Assembly: GCA_964016885.1 (NCBI GenBank)
Contig: OZ024740.1
Location: 205,468,001-205,532,000 of the forward strand
From: Eledone cirrhosa
Lineage: Eukaryota
DNA length: 64,000 nucleotides
Direction: 5' to 3'
The notes beneath the pieces were generated by a model that did no database searches, had not been told where the DNA came from, and saw nothing but the letters and a program-made list of their open reading frames with translations. The position numbers were made by a program, and so were the translations under genes. Position 1 is the stretch's first letter, and each line of letters begins with the position of its first letter. Shown here one piece after another: positions 13,258-26,017 of this stretch.

Positions 13258-13599
13258 TGAGCATTGGGCTTGCAATCGAAGGGTTGTGAGTTCGGTTCTC
13301 AAACGGGGTGATGTGTTGTTTCCTTGAGCAGGACACTTTGTTTCACATTGCTCCAGTTTGCTCAGCTGTAGAAGTGGGATGGTGGGGGACGGGGGTCCCT
13401 ATCATTCCACTGCAAACTGGTCGTGGAGGTGCCGCGGCGGAGGAGCACCCAGCACTCGCTGTGGATGGGGTTGGTGTTGGGAGGGGCGTCCGGCTGTGGA
13501 AGTCGGGCCGGAATCGGTTCCCGTCCCACCCTTGCAGGCGGGGGGGGGGGGGGGGGGGGGGGGGCGTAAGTAAGGTGAAATGATGATGATGATGATGAT
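13258..13599 (+). mobile_element. tRNA-head SINE copy carrying massive A-to-G hypermutation
   Basis: Colinear with SINEs at 14597-14947 (-) and 20712-21139 (+) but with about 30 or more A>G changes; (GAT)n tail intact. Confidence 0.92.
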
Positions 13600-13977
13600 A
13601 TATATATGTATGTATATATACACACATGTATTTAGAGTGAGGTCATGTATCATTAAGTGAAAATCTCTGTAAACTGTCAACCAGATCCTAGATAATATTT
13701 CAACCTTACTTCACCCTGGCCAGCCACACCCACTCCTCAGACCACATCACCCCACACAAGCTACTCTGATGTCCATTGGGGAGCTTTCACTCATCCTACA
13801 AACCTCAATTAAAACGAATAATTAATTAGTGTTAACAACATATATATATATATACACACGCACACATATATATATACACACACACATATATATATATATA
13901 CACACACATATAAATATATATATACACACACGTGTGTGTGTGTATATATATATATGTGTGTGTACATATATATATAT

Positions 13978-14370
13978 ACCTAAATACAAAGTAAAACCTA
14001 CTACAGTCAGTAGGCACCTCTAACAAAATACACCCCACCCCCACCTCATCCACACCACCCCTTTCAATGTAAAGTTATGTTGGTGCCACAACATCCAGGC
14101 CGAAACAAATGAGGTCGTGTAGGTGTCATGACAAAAAAACACACAGTCCACGCTGTAATGTGGCCGTGTAGGCAACACGGTAAAAACCTCCCAGTCCCAC
14201 ACTGTAAATGTGGTTGGTGTTAGGAAGGGCATCCAGCTGTAGAAAACCCGCCAGACAGTCCTATGCGAGCAAGACAACCACTCTTGCCTCAAGTGGGAAA
14301 ACTCCCGTCCAAACCCATGCAAGCGTGGAACATGGACGTTAAACGATGATGATGATGATGATGATGATGA
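13978..14370 (+). mobile_element. RTE family A 3' UTR fragment
   Basis: Matches 2083-2490; ends in (GAT)n. Confidence 0.9.
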
Positions 14371-14596
14371 TATATATACATATATATTATATATATATAT
14401 TATATATATATAATATATATATAAATATATATAATATATATATACATATATATAATATATATATATATACAATATACATATATATTATATATATATATAA
14501 TATATATATACATATATATTATATATATATATTATATATATATATAATATATATATACATATATATTATATATGTATATAATATATATATATACAT

Positions 14597-14947
14597 ATCA
14601 TCATCATCATCATCATTTCATTTTACGTCCGCTTTTTCCCTGCTTGCAAGGGTGGGACGGGAACTGATTCTGGCTTGATTTCTACAGCTGGATGCCCTTC
14701 CTAACACCAACCTCATTTACAGTGAGTGCTGGGTGCTTTTTTGCCGTGGCACCTCCACGACCACTTTGCAGTGGAATGATATGGACCCCAGACCCTATCA
14801 TCTCATTTCTACAGCTGAGTAAACTGGAGCAATGTGAAATGAAGTGTCTTGCTCAAGGAAACAACACATCACCCGGTCTGAGAATTGAACTCACAACCTT
14901 TCGATTGCAAGGCCAATGCTCTAACCACTAAGCCATGTGCCTCCACA
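14597..14947 (-). mobile_element. Full-length tRNA-derived SINE (CORE/V-like central domain, RTE-type tail)
   Basis: A box TGGCTTAGTGG, B box GAGTTCAATTC, central TCCTTGAGCAAGACACTT, 3' end nearly identical to the RTE family B tail. Confidence 0.88.
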
Positions 14948-15150
14948 TATATATAATATATATGCATATATATATTATATATACATATATATTATATATA
15001 TGTGTTCCTTCCCGCACAAGGTGCCCTCTATCTTTACTTCGGCCCTTGATAAACCTGTTTCTACATCATCCACTCTCATCCCAGGAACAGTTTTGATAGC
15101 GCTAGTCCGTAATTTAAATTCAGGAATTTTATATTCTTTGAATGAAAAGA

Positions 15151-15234
15151 ACCTTCTGACGAGAATCTTTCTTTGCAACGAAGGCCGTATGGTCTCCGTT
15201 TTATTTTTGGGATTCGAAACCGATCGGTAAAGGT
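15151..15234 (+). ncRNA. Canonical type I hammerhead ribozyme in a ~300-bp ORF-less insert (15003-15303)
   Basis: ACCTT-CTGACGA-GAATC...(43 nt)...GATTC-GAAA-CCGATCGG-TA-AAGGT; all three stems perfectly paired. Confidence 0.88.
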
Positions 15235-16147
15235 AACTATAGTAGGTAAAGTCAATTTTTAAAATTATTTTGAAACTTTTTCATTATTTGCTAAACCTTG
15301 TTTATATATTATATATATATATATTATATATATATTTAATATATATATATATTATATATATTATATATATATATTATATATATATTATTATATATATATA
15401 TATATTATATAAATAATATATATACATATATATTATATATATATAATATATATATACATATATATTATATATATAATATATATATACATATATATATAAT
15501 ATATATATACATATATATATTATATATATAATATATATATACATATATATATTATATATATAATATATATATACATATATATATTATATATATAATATAT
15601 ATATACATATATATATTATATATATAATATATATATACATATATATATTATATATATAATATATATATACATATATATATTATATATATACATATATATT
15701 ATATATATAATATATATACATATATATTATATATATAAATATATATACATATATATATTATATATATAATATATATATATACATATATATTATATATATA
15801 ATATATATATACATATATATTATATATATAATATATAATATACATATATATTATATATATTATATAAATATACATATATATTATATATATTATATATATA
15901 TACATATATATTATATATATATACTATATATATTATATATATATTATATATATATATTATATATATATTATATATATATATTATATATATATATATTATA
16001 TATATATATATATTATATATATATACATATATATATATTATATATATATATTATATATATTATATATATATATTATATATATATTATATATATATATATT
16101 ATATATATATATAATTATATATTATATATTATATATATTATATATAT

Positions 16148-16189
<42 letters not shown>

Positions 16190-16325
16190 TATATATTATA
16201 TATATATATATATTATATATATTATATATATATATTATATATATATATTATATATTATATATATATTATATATATATTATATATATATATATATATAATA
16301 TATATATATATATATTATATATATA

Positions 16326-16368
<43 letters not shown>

Positions 16369-16376
16369 AATATATA

Positions 16377-16690
16377 TTTACTCGAGAGAAGGCTACGTTG
16401 GTATGGTCACGTGATGCGCATGAAAGACGACAACTGTATAACAAAGTGCAGGGCAATAAAGATAGACGGTAGCCACGGAGTAGACAGACACAGAAAAACC
16501 TGGGACGAGCTGATAAACTCCGACCTCACACACTTACACCTCTCCAAGACAATGTCACTGGACCGAGACCTTTGGCGGTACTCAGTAATAGAGAAGACCC
16601 GCCTTACCTAAATACAAAGTAAAACCTACTACAGTCAGTAGGCACCTCTAACAAAATACACCCCCGTCCCACCACCCCCACCGCCCCTTC
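16377..16690 (+). mobile_element. RTE family A 3' fragment (tail lost)
   Basis: ORF 16411-16611 is the RTE C-terminus. Confidence 0.88.
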
Positions 16691-16691
16691 C

Positions 16692-17648
16692 ACGATCTCA
16701 TTTGTTTCGGCCTGGATGTTGTGGCACCAACATAACTTTACATTGAAAGGGGCGGTGTGGATGGGACGGGGGTGGATGGGACGGGGGGGGTGTTTTGTTA
16801 GAGATGCCTACTGACTGTAGTAGGTTTTTACTTTGTATTTAGGTAAGGCGGGTCTTCTCTATAACTGAGTACCGCCAAAGATCTCGGTCCAGTGACATTG
16901 TCTTGTAGAGTTATGAATTTATCAGCTCGTCCCAGGTTTTTCTGTGTCTGTCTACTCCGTGGCTACCGTCTATCTTTATTGCCCTGCACTTTGTTATACA
17001 GCTGTCGTCTTTCATGCGCATCACGTGACCATACCAACGTAGCCTTCTCTCGAGTAAACAACATCTGATCCCTCTTATTTCTAATTTTTTCCTTAGTTCG
17101 TTTATGCTTTGCTGTTCACGTATATTACTATTACACATCCAGCGGAGCATGCAAGCTTCGTTTCTCTCTAGTCTGCGTATATCCTCTGCACACAATGCCC
17201 AGGTTTCACTGCCATGCAACATTGCTGTCCGTATGCAGGCATCATACAACCTGCCTTTCATTTTTAGGGAGAACCCTTTAGTGGCTAATAGTTGTATAAG
17301 CTCTCTGAACTTTTTCCATCCAGTTCTGACTCTAGCTACTGTACTTTCAGAGCACCCTCCCCCACTGCTGATTTTGTCACCCAGGTAACGGAAGCTGTCC
17401 ACTATTTCTATAGAACCCTCTGTGCAATTGAAAGAGCTAGTATTTGTGGGCACTTGCTGCTACTTATTGCACCAGAGCACCGGCCACATGTAAAATCTAT
17501 GTTCTTAGTTAGCTTACCTGTGATCCACTACATTTTTTATGCACCCATACTTTGCATTTGGGACATAAAATGGAGTTTCTACCTACGCCTTTCCTACACA
17601 CTGAGCATGGCCATTTCCCGGATGGGACCGGCACCTTATTTTCTTTCC
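16692..17648 (-). mobile_element. RTE family A fragment (PHD to 3' UTR), tail-to-tail with the preceding copy
   Basis: Minus ORF 16911-17453 is the RTE C-terminus; PHD-coding segment at about 17460-17625. Confidence 0.9.
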
Positions 17649-17680
<32 letters not shown>

Positions 17681-17800
17681 ATTATATTATATATATATTA
17701 TATATATATATATATATTATATATATATATATATATTATATATATATATTATATATATATATATATATTATATATATATATATATATTATATATATATAT

Positions 17801-17834
<34 letters not shown>

Positions 17835-17842
17835 ATATATAT

Positions 17843-17876
<34 letters not shown>

Positions 17877-17882
17877 ATATAT

Positions 17883-17916
<34 letters not shown>

Positions 17917-18091
17917 ATATATATTATAATATATATATTATATATATATATATATATTATATATATATATTATATATATATATATATATTATATATATAT
18001 ATTATATATATATATATATATTATATATATATATTATATATATATATATTATATATATATATATTATATATATATATATATTATATATATA

Positions 18092-18125
<34 letters not shown>

Positions 18126-18146
18126 TTTATATATATATATATATTA

Positions 18147-18193
<47 letters not shown>

Positions 18194-18276
18194 ATATATA
18201 TATATATTTTATATATATATATATTTTATATATATATATATATTTTATATATATATATTTTATATATATATATATA

Positions 18277-18319
<43 letters not shown>

Positions 18320-18608
18320 ATATACATATTATATATATATATATTATATATATATATATACATATTATATATATATTATATATATATATATATATTATAT
18401 ATATAACATATATATACATATATATTATATATATATTATATATATACATATATATTATATATATATTATATATATAATATATATATACATATATATTATA
18501 TATATATATATATAATATATATATACATATATATTATATATATTCTATATAATATATATATACATATATATTATATATATTCTATATATATACATATATA
18601 TTATAAAC

Positions 18609-20595
18609 ATTTTTCCAGGATTCATAAAAATGGCTTCTCTCTCTCTCGGCCCTCTAAAAACCCCCACTCTCTCTATCATATACGTCGCTCTTTCAATCTC
18701 CCTCTCAATCCCTATGCACCAAATATAAATAAGCCTGCTACTCGCTAACAAAACTCAGAATTTGTCAACTCTTATTAATGGTCAGCCCGCTTCTAAGAAA
18801 TGTAACATATAAATAACATTTTCTTCTCTCCTCTCCACCCTTCCATATATCTATAATCGCCCAGAATCAAAATCCTAAATCCTATTCATAATTGTTTTTC
18901 TATAATTCTGTCTCACTGTTCTAAAAATCTTCTCCACGCTTGTTCTAAATAATCTTCTCGCTACCATTCTGGCCGAAAATTTTTCCAGGATTCATAAAAA
19001 TGGCTTCTCTCTCTCTCGGCCCTCTAAAAACCCCCACTCTCTCTATCATATACGTCGCTCTCTCAATCTCCCTCTCACTCCTTCTCAATCCCTACGCACC
19101 AAATATAAATAAGCCTGCTCTTCGCTAACTACTCCATACCCCTCCCTCCAGCCCCCACTCTCCACCTTTATTATTTGAACCAATCACAAGTCAATGGCCT
19201 ATGCTATCACTTCTGGTTGCTTTTCGATATGATGGATGGACTAAGGAATTTCTGGAGAGTCTGAAGAATCTGGACACTCGAAGACAAATGCCAAAGATAA
19301 CGACAAATTCACCTCATGCTGCCGGACGAAAGGGCAAGGCCCCCTCCTCTTTGTTGCGGCCGCGGATGGCCAACATAACCCCAACCCCATCCACCTCACC
19401 CCTCCCTGCGCCCCACCCACCAAACGCAATCCAAAACTTCAGAGTTGGTACCATAAATGTAGGCCGCGCTAACGAGGTTGTAGAAATGCTTGAACGTAAG
19501 GAGGTTGATGTCTGCTGTATCCAAGAGACCAGGTGGAGGGGGGGGGGGGGGTCTGCTTGATTCATTGTGGGTAAAAAAGATGCAATAAGTAGCAGCAAGT
19601 GCCCAGAGAATACTAGCTCTTTCAATTGCACAGATGGTTCTATAGATATAGTGGACAGCTTCCGTTACCTGGGTGACAAAATCAGCAGTAGGGGAGGGTG
19701 CTCTGAAAGTACAGTAGCTAGAGTCAGAACTGGATGGAAAAAGTTCAGAGAGCTTATACCACTATTAGCCGCTAAAGGGTTCTCCCTAAAAATGAAAGGG
19801 AGGTTGTATGATGCCTGCATACGAACAGCAATGTTGCATGGCAGTGAGACCTGGGCATTGTGTGCAGAGGATATACGCAGACTAGAGAGGAACGAAGCTT
19901 GCATGCTCCACTGGATGTGTAATAGTAATATACGTGAACAGCAAAGCATAAACGAACTAAGGGAAAAATTAGAAATAAGAGGGATCAGATGTTGTTTACT
20001 CGAGAGAAGGCTACGTTGGTATGGTCACCTGATGCGCATGAAAGACGACAGCTGTATAACAAAGTGCAGGGCAATAAAGATAGACGGTAGCCACGGAATA
20101 GGCAGACCCAGAAAAACCTGGGACGAGTTGATAAATTCCGACCTCACACACACCTCTCCAAGACGATGTCACTGGACCGAGTTCTTTGGCGCTACACAGT
20201 AATAGAGAAGACACGCCTTACCTAAATACAAAGTAAAACCTACTACAGTCAGTAGGCACCTCTGACAAAATACACCCTCGTCCCACTACCCCCACCCCAT
20301 CCACACCACCCCTTTCAATGTAAAGTTATGTTGGTACCACAACATCCAGGCCGAAACAAATGAGGTCGTGTAGGTGTCATGACAAAAAAACACACCGTTG
20401 ACGCTGTAATGTGGGCGTGTAGGTAACACGGTAAAAACCTCCCAGTTCCACACTGTAAATGTGGTAGGAAGGGCATCCAGCTGTAGAAAACCCGCCAGAC
20501 AGTCCTATGCGAGCAAGACAACCACTCTTGCCTCAAGTGGGAAAACTCCCGTCCAAACCCATGCAAGCATGGAATATGGATGTTAAACAATGATT
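18609..20595 (+). mobile_element. Internally deleted RTE family A element retaining 5' UTR and 3' end
   Basis: 5' UTR with a direct repeat (18609-18750 vs 18979-19130); ORF start MPKIT...RVGTINV...CCIQETRW; jump at ~19579 to post-PHD sequence; RTE C-terminus and tail. Confidence 0.85.
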
Positions 20596-20711
20596 ATATA
20601 TATATATAATATATATATATATATATTATATATATACATATTATATATATATATATTATACATATATATATTATACATATATATTATATATATATATATT
20701 ATATATATATA

Positions 20712-21139
20712 TGGAGGCTCATGGCTTAGTGGTTAGAGCATTGGCCTTGCAATCGAAAGGTTGTGAGTTCAATTCTCAGACCGGGTGATGTGTTGTTTCC
20801 TTGAGCAAGACACTTTATTTCACATTGCTCCAGTTTACTCAGCTGTAGAAATGAGATGATAGGGACTAGGGTTCATATCATTCCACTGCAAAGTGGTCGT
20901 GGAGGTGCCACGGCAAAAAAGCACCCAGCACTCACTGTAAATGAGGTTGGTGTTAGGAAGGGCATCCAGCTGTAGAAATCAAGCCAGAATCAGTTCCCGT
21001 TGTGGGCGTGTAGGTAACACGGTAAAAACCTCCCAGTTCCACACTGTAAATGTGGTAGGAAGGGCATCCAACTAAATGTGGTAGGAAGGGCATCCAGCAT
21101 TGCAAGCAGGGAAAAGTGGACGTAAAATGAAATGATGAT
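20712..21139 (+). mobile_element. Full-length tRNA-derived SINE with a 99-nt insertion in its tail
   Basis: A box 20722-20732 and B box ~20766-20778; colinear with the 14597-14947 copy apart from 21001-21099. Confidence 0.88.
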
Positions 21140-21159
21140 ATATATATATTATATATATT

Positions 21160-22793
21160 TCTTCACGGTATATCATGTAAACGTAATGTACACATTTTTC
21201 TACCATTTCCACACTCCACTCGTATCCATAGTCCATCCCTCCGACAATTCTATAGCATTTTCTCTTCCCCGAATCCAATCTTGCCTAATCCTCCTGTAGT
21301 TTTGTCGTATTTTCCAAAACAAATCTGTATTTTTTGTTATTGCTTGCTAAATATGAGGTTTTTGTCGTATTATACAAAACAAATCTTGTATTTTTGTTAT
21401 CGCTTGTTAAATACGAGGACCTTATCCAAACCTTACCTTCTCGCTAACAACTCAACACCCCTCCCTCCCGCCCTCACGCACCACCATTATTATTACGTGG
21501 ACCAATCATAAGCCAGAGGCCTATACTATCGTTTACCTGGTTGCCTTTCGATATGATGGATGGACTACGGAATTCTGGAGAGTGGAAGAGAGAAATATCT
21601 GGACGCTCAGCGACAATGCCAAAGATAAAGACAAATTCACCTCGTGGATGAGAATGCGAGCACTCCTCTTTGTTTCGGCCGCGGATGGCTAACATAACCC
21701 CATCTCCCCCCACTCCCCACCGCTCCCACCCTCCAAACGCAATCCAAAACTTCAGAGTTGGTACCATGAATGTAGGCACCTTAAAGGGTCGCTCTAACGA
21801 GGTTGTAGAAATGCTCGAACGTAAGGAGGTCGATGTTTATTGTATTCAAGAGACCAGGTGGAGGGGTGGGTCTGCTAGATTCATTGAGGGTAAAAAACGA
21901 TGCTATAAGCTTTTCTGGGTGGGAAATGACGATGGGCTGGGTGGAGTAGGAATCATGGTAGCAGAAAAATGGGTGGATAAGATAATAGACGTAAATAGAG
22001 TGAACGACAGAATAATTAAAATAAGACTTGTCCTCAATAGAACTACGGTGACAGTAATATCTGCGTACGCACCCCAATCCGGACTGCCCGGCACTATAAA
22101 AGACAGATTCTATGAGACACTGATGCTCACTACCTCCCAAATAACCGACAGTGACTATATAATTATTGCAGGCGACCTAAATGGTCACGTTGGACAACAT
22201 TGTGACGGCTACGACGAAATCCATGGAGGCTATGGGTTTGGTACTAGAAATGAGGAAGGCTCCAGAATCCTGGAATTCTGTGACGCAAATAACCTAACTA
22301 TCTGTAACACTAACTTCAAAAAACGTGACAATCACCTGATCACCTATAGATCGGGGGAACACACAAGCCAGGTAGATTATATCCTTACCAGAAGACATGA
22401 CAGAGTGTCTGTTGTAAATCCCTCCCCCATGAAGAATGCACCCAACATAGACTCATAATTAGCGACCTAATAGTCAGGACGAGACGTACTCGACAGCAGA
22501 AGAGGACTATCCTCAGGAGAAAAATATGGAAGCTAAAGGACCCCAAACCAGAAATAAATTTAAAAGCATACTACTTGATGCTTTTGACAGTAAGGAAGAG
22601 CAATTAGAGTCGTACAATATAGAGGAGCAGTTAGGAAGGTGTTAGGAAGGGCATCCAACTGTAGAAAACCTGCCAGACAGTCCTATGCGAGCAAGACAAT
22701 CACTCTTGCCTCAAGTGGGAAAACCCCCGTCCAAACCCATGCAAGCGTGGAACACGGACGTTAAACGTTGATGATGATGATGATGATGATGAT
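21160..22793 (+). mobile_element. RTE 5' part (5' UTR + APE endonuclease) joined to a family A tail
   Basis: ORF 21670-22458 has VGTMNV, CIQETRW, SAYAP, AGDLNGH and SQVDYI endonuclease motifs; abrupt jump at ~22630 to the last ~160 nt of the 3' UTR + (GAT)n. Confidence 0.88.
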
Positions 22794-22900
22794 ATATTAT
22801 ATATATTATATTATATATATATTATATATATATATATTATATTATATATATATTATATATATATATATAATATGTATATATAATATATATATATATATAT

Positions 22901-23577
22901 TATCACTTTTGAGCTGACTTTTGGGATGCTCCCATACAGCTCTGAGTTTTTCATCCTCAGTGTATACTGATTAATGTTCAGAGCCATCCTCAGCATTCTC
23001 GTGTAGCACCCATCCACCATCTGAGTGAGTTTCTTGGTCAGTGTCCAAGTCTCAGACCCATACAGCAGCACAGACTCCACAACAGCAATGAAGAGGCGGA
23101 CTTTCAGGTCTCTACGAAGGTCCGACTTCCACACCGATCTCAAGCTGTGGCACGCCGCCCAGGCCTTGCTCTTCCTCTCAACCACATCATCTTCCGTATT
23201 CCCAATCTTTGCTCCCAAATACAGGAAGTCCTCAACCAATTCCAGCGGCTTCCCGCCTACATTAGTGATCCCCTCTGGCTTCTCAACATTCTCTACCAGA
23301 TATTTTGTTTTGTTTTAGAGGAGACTGAGGTTAGCTGGACATGCTCACCGACATCCAGAGTTGACATTGCACTCAGTGCTCCTTTGAGAGCCCCTACATG
23401 GACACACTAGAAGAGGAAGACCAAGGTTAACGTATGTTGATGCCCTAAGGACAGACACTGGTCTGTTGGAGACGCAGGACATGAGGACATGGCAGCGATA
23501 ATGAGGGACAGAGACCGCTGGAGAGAACTCATCCATGGATCTCGGGAATTTTACCCGCCTTAGATAGATAGATAGAT
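22901..23577. mobile_element. RTE-clade LINE (family C) 3' end with 5' inversion
   Basis: Minus 22901-23315 encodes KTKYL...VEDFLYLG...YGSETW...PKVSSKVI; plus 23316-23577 continues RRLRLAGH...RGRPRLTYVD and ends in (TAGA)n. Confidence 0.85.
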
Positions 23578-23583
23578 ATATAT

Positions 23584-23615
<32 letters not shown>

Positions 23616-23970
23616 ATATATATATATTATATTATATATATATATATATTATATTATATATATATATATATTATATTATATATATATATATTATATTATA
23701 TTATATATATATATATATACATATTTTTTTTTTATAAAAAACCGCGATAATATTGCTTTTTGCTGAACTCCTTATTGTAGAGTTTTTTTTTCGGAATGTT
23801 TTTTGACTGTTGTTTCTTGTAAACAAACATTCGTCTCATTCTGACGTCACCAGCCCTGTCTTTCCACATGTGCGTTTTATTTTTCATAATCACGCATGAT
23901 GGTGAACTAGCCTGTTTTTAAATCACCTTTTTGGCATATTAATCTGTGAGAATCTTGGTTATCGAGTTGA

Positions 23971-24050
23971 GCTCTGCTGAGGATCGAATTCCAACCGTGA
24001 CCATCTCCACTGAAAGTCTTCGTGAAATAGTCTTTAAGACTATACAGAGC
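23971..24050 (+). ncRNA. Type I hammerhead ribozyme in an ORF-less insert (~23722-24250)
   Basis: GCTCTG-CTGAGGA-tCGAA...TTCGt-GAAA-TAGTCT tta AGACTA-TA-CAGAGC: stem I 6 bp, stem III 7 bp, U.U at the base of stem II. Confidence 0.85.
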
Positions 24051-24885
24051 ATTTGAAGTTTTTCCAAATTGAAGGATGAGTATTTTAAACTTTATTTTAT
24101 CATGAGTTAAGGCTCTATTGATTTTTCCCTGGATTTCACTAAATTCTGTGGATGAATCTATATCCTGATTCTCTTTGAGATGAGTTTGAATTATTTTTCC
24201 CACATCTTACGTTAACTATTTTTCCCATTTTGACGCTATAGTTTCATTTATATATATATTATATATATATATATATCTATTATATATATATATAAATATA
24301 TATATATATATTATATATATTATATATATATATATATTATATATATATGTTATATATATATATATTATATATATATATATATTATATATATTATACATAT
24401 ATATATTATACATATATATATATTATATATATTATACATATATATATTATACATATATATATTATACATATATATTATATATATATATTATATATATATA
24501 TATTATACATATATATATTATACATATATATATATATTATATATATATATATTATACATATATATATATTATATATATATTATACATATATATATTATAC
24601 ATATATATATATATTATATATATATATATTATACATATATATATATTATATATATATATATATATATTATACATATATATATATATATTATATATATATA
24701 TATATATATACGATATCGTATATCTACTCCAAAAATTTGTCGAGTGTTTTATATCAGTTATAAAAATATTTACTTGTTGTATCCCAACAATTTTATATAC
24801 ATTATATATATATATATATATATATAATACATATATATATATATTATATACATATATATATATATATTATACATATATATATATC

Positions 24886-24889
24886 ATAT

Positions 24890-24925
<36 letters not shown>

Positions 24926-25427
24926 GTTTAACGTCCATGTTCCACGCTTGCATGGGTTTGGACGGGAGTTTTCCCACTTGAGGCAAGAGTGGTTGTCTTG
25001 CTCGCATAGGACTGTCTGGCGTGTTTTCTACAGCTGGATGCCCTTCCTAACACCAACCACATTTACAGTGTGGGACTGGGAGGTTTTTACCGTGTTACCT
25101 ACACGGCCACATTACAGCGTGGACTGTGTGTTTTTTTGTCGTGACACCTACACAATCTCATTTGTTTCGGCCTGGATGTTGTGGCACCAATGTAACTTTA
25201 CATTGAAAGGGGCGGTGTGGATGGGGTGGGGGTGGTGTGACGGGGGCATATTTTGTTAGAGATGCCTACTGACTGTAGTAGATTTACTTTGTATTTAGGC
25301 AAGGCGGGTCTTCTCTATTACTGAGTACCGCCAAAGATCTCGGTCCAGTGACATTGTCTTGGGGAGGTGTAAGTGTGTGAGGTTGGAATTTATCAGGTCG
25401 TCCCAGGTTTTTCTGGGTCTGCCTACT
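24886..25427 (-). mobile_element. RTE family A 3' end
   Basis: Reverse complement of the RTE C-terminus (GRPRKTWD) and 3' UTR with (ATC)n. Confidence 0.9.
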
Positions 25428-25481
25428 CCTTATACATATATATATATTATATACATATATATATTATATACATATATATAC

Positions 25482-25528
<47 letters not shown>

Positions 25529-25669
25529 ATTATATATATATATTATATATATATATATTATATATATATTATATATATTATATATATATATATTATATAT
25601 ATATTATATATATATATATATTATATATATATTATATATATATATATTATATATATATTATATATATAT

Positions 25670-25700
<31 letters not shown>

Positions 25701-25821
25701 ATATATATATATATTATATATATATATATATATTATATATATATATATATTATATATATATATTATATATATATATTATATATATAATATAATATAATAT
25801 ATATATAATATACTATATATA

Positions 25822-25868
<47 letters not shown>

Positions 25869-26017
25869 TTTTGAGTATATGTTGGTTGTATATGAACACC
25901 TCAGTATGCAGGGTGGAGCACTCGACGAAGTGCGCAGGTTGGTTTGGTTACTCCGGAGTAGTGTAAAATAAAGTTAAATAGAAAGTTAAATATGTTTAAA
26001 ATTTAGCTTCGTTTATT

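Noticed and set aside
12583-18515. Long Ile/Tyr-rich ORFs (e.g. 17292-18515, 12818-13219; also 24347-24763)
   Set aside because: Translations of (TA)n microsatellite, not proteins.
19150-19290. Possible HDV-like ribozyme in RTE 5' UTRs (also ~21470-21615)
   Set aside because: I could not assemble the nested double pseudoknot by eye; it needs a descriptor search.
20712-20785. tRNA-like sequences with A and B boxes
   Set aside because: These are SINE heads continuing into central and tail domains, not tRNA genes.
24228-24248. GAAAC...GTC half-hammerhead on the minus strand
   Set aside because: No upstream CUGANGA half is found on either side of the adjoining TA tract.
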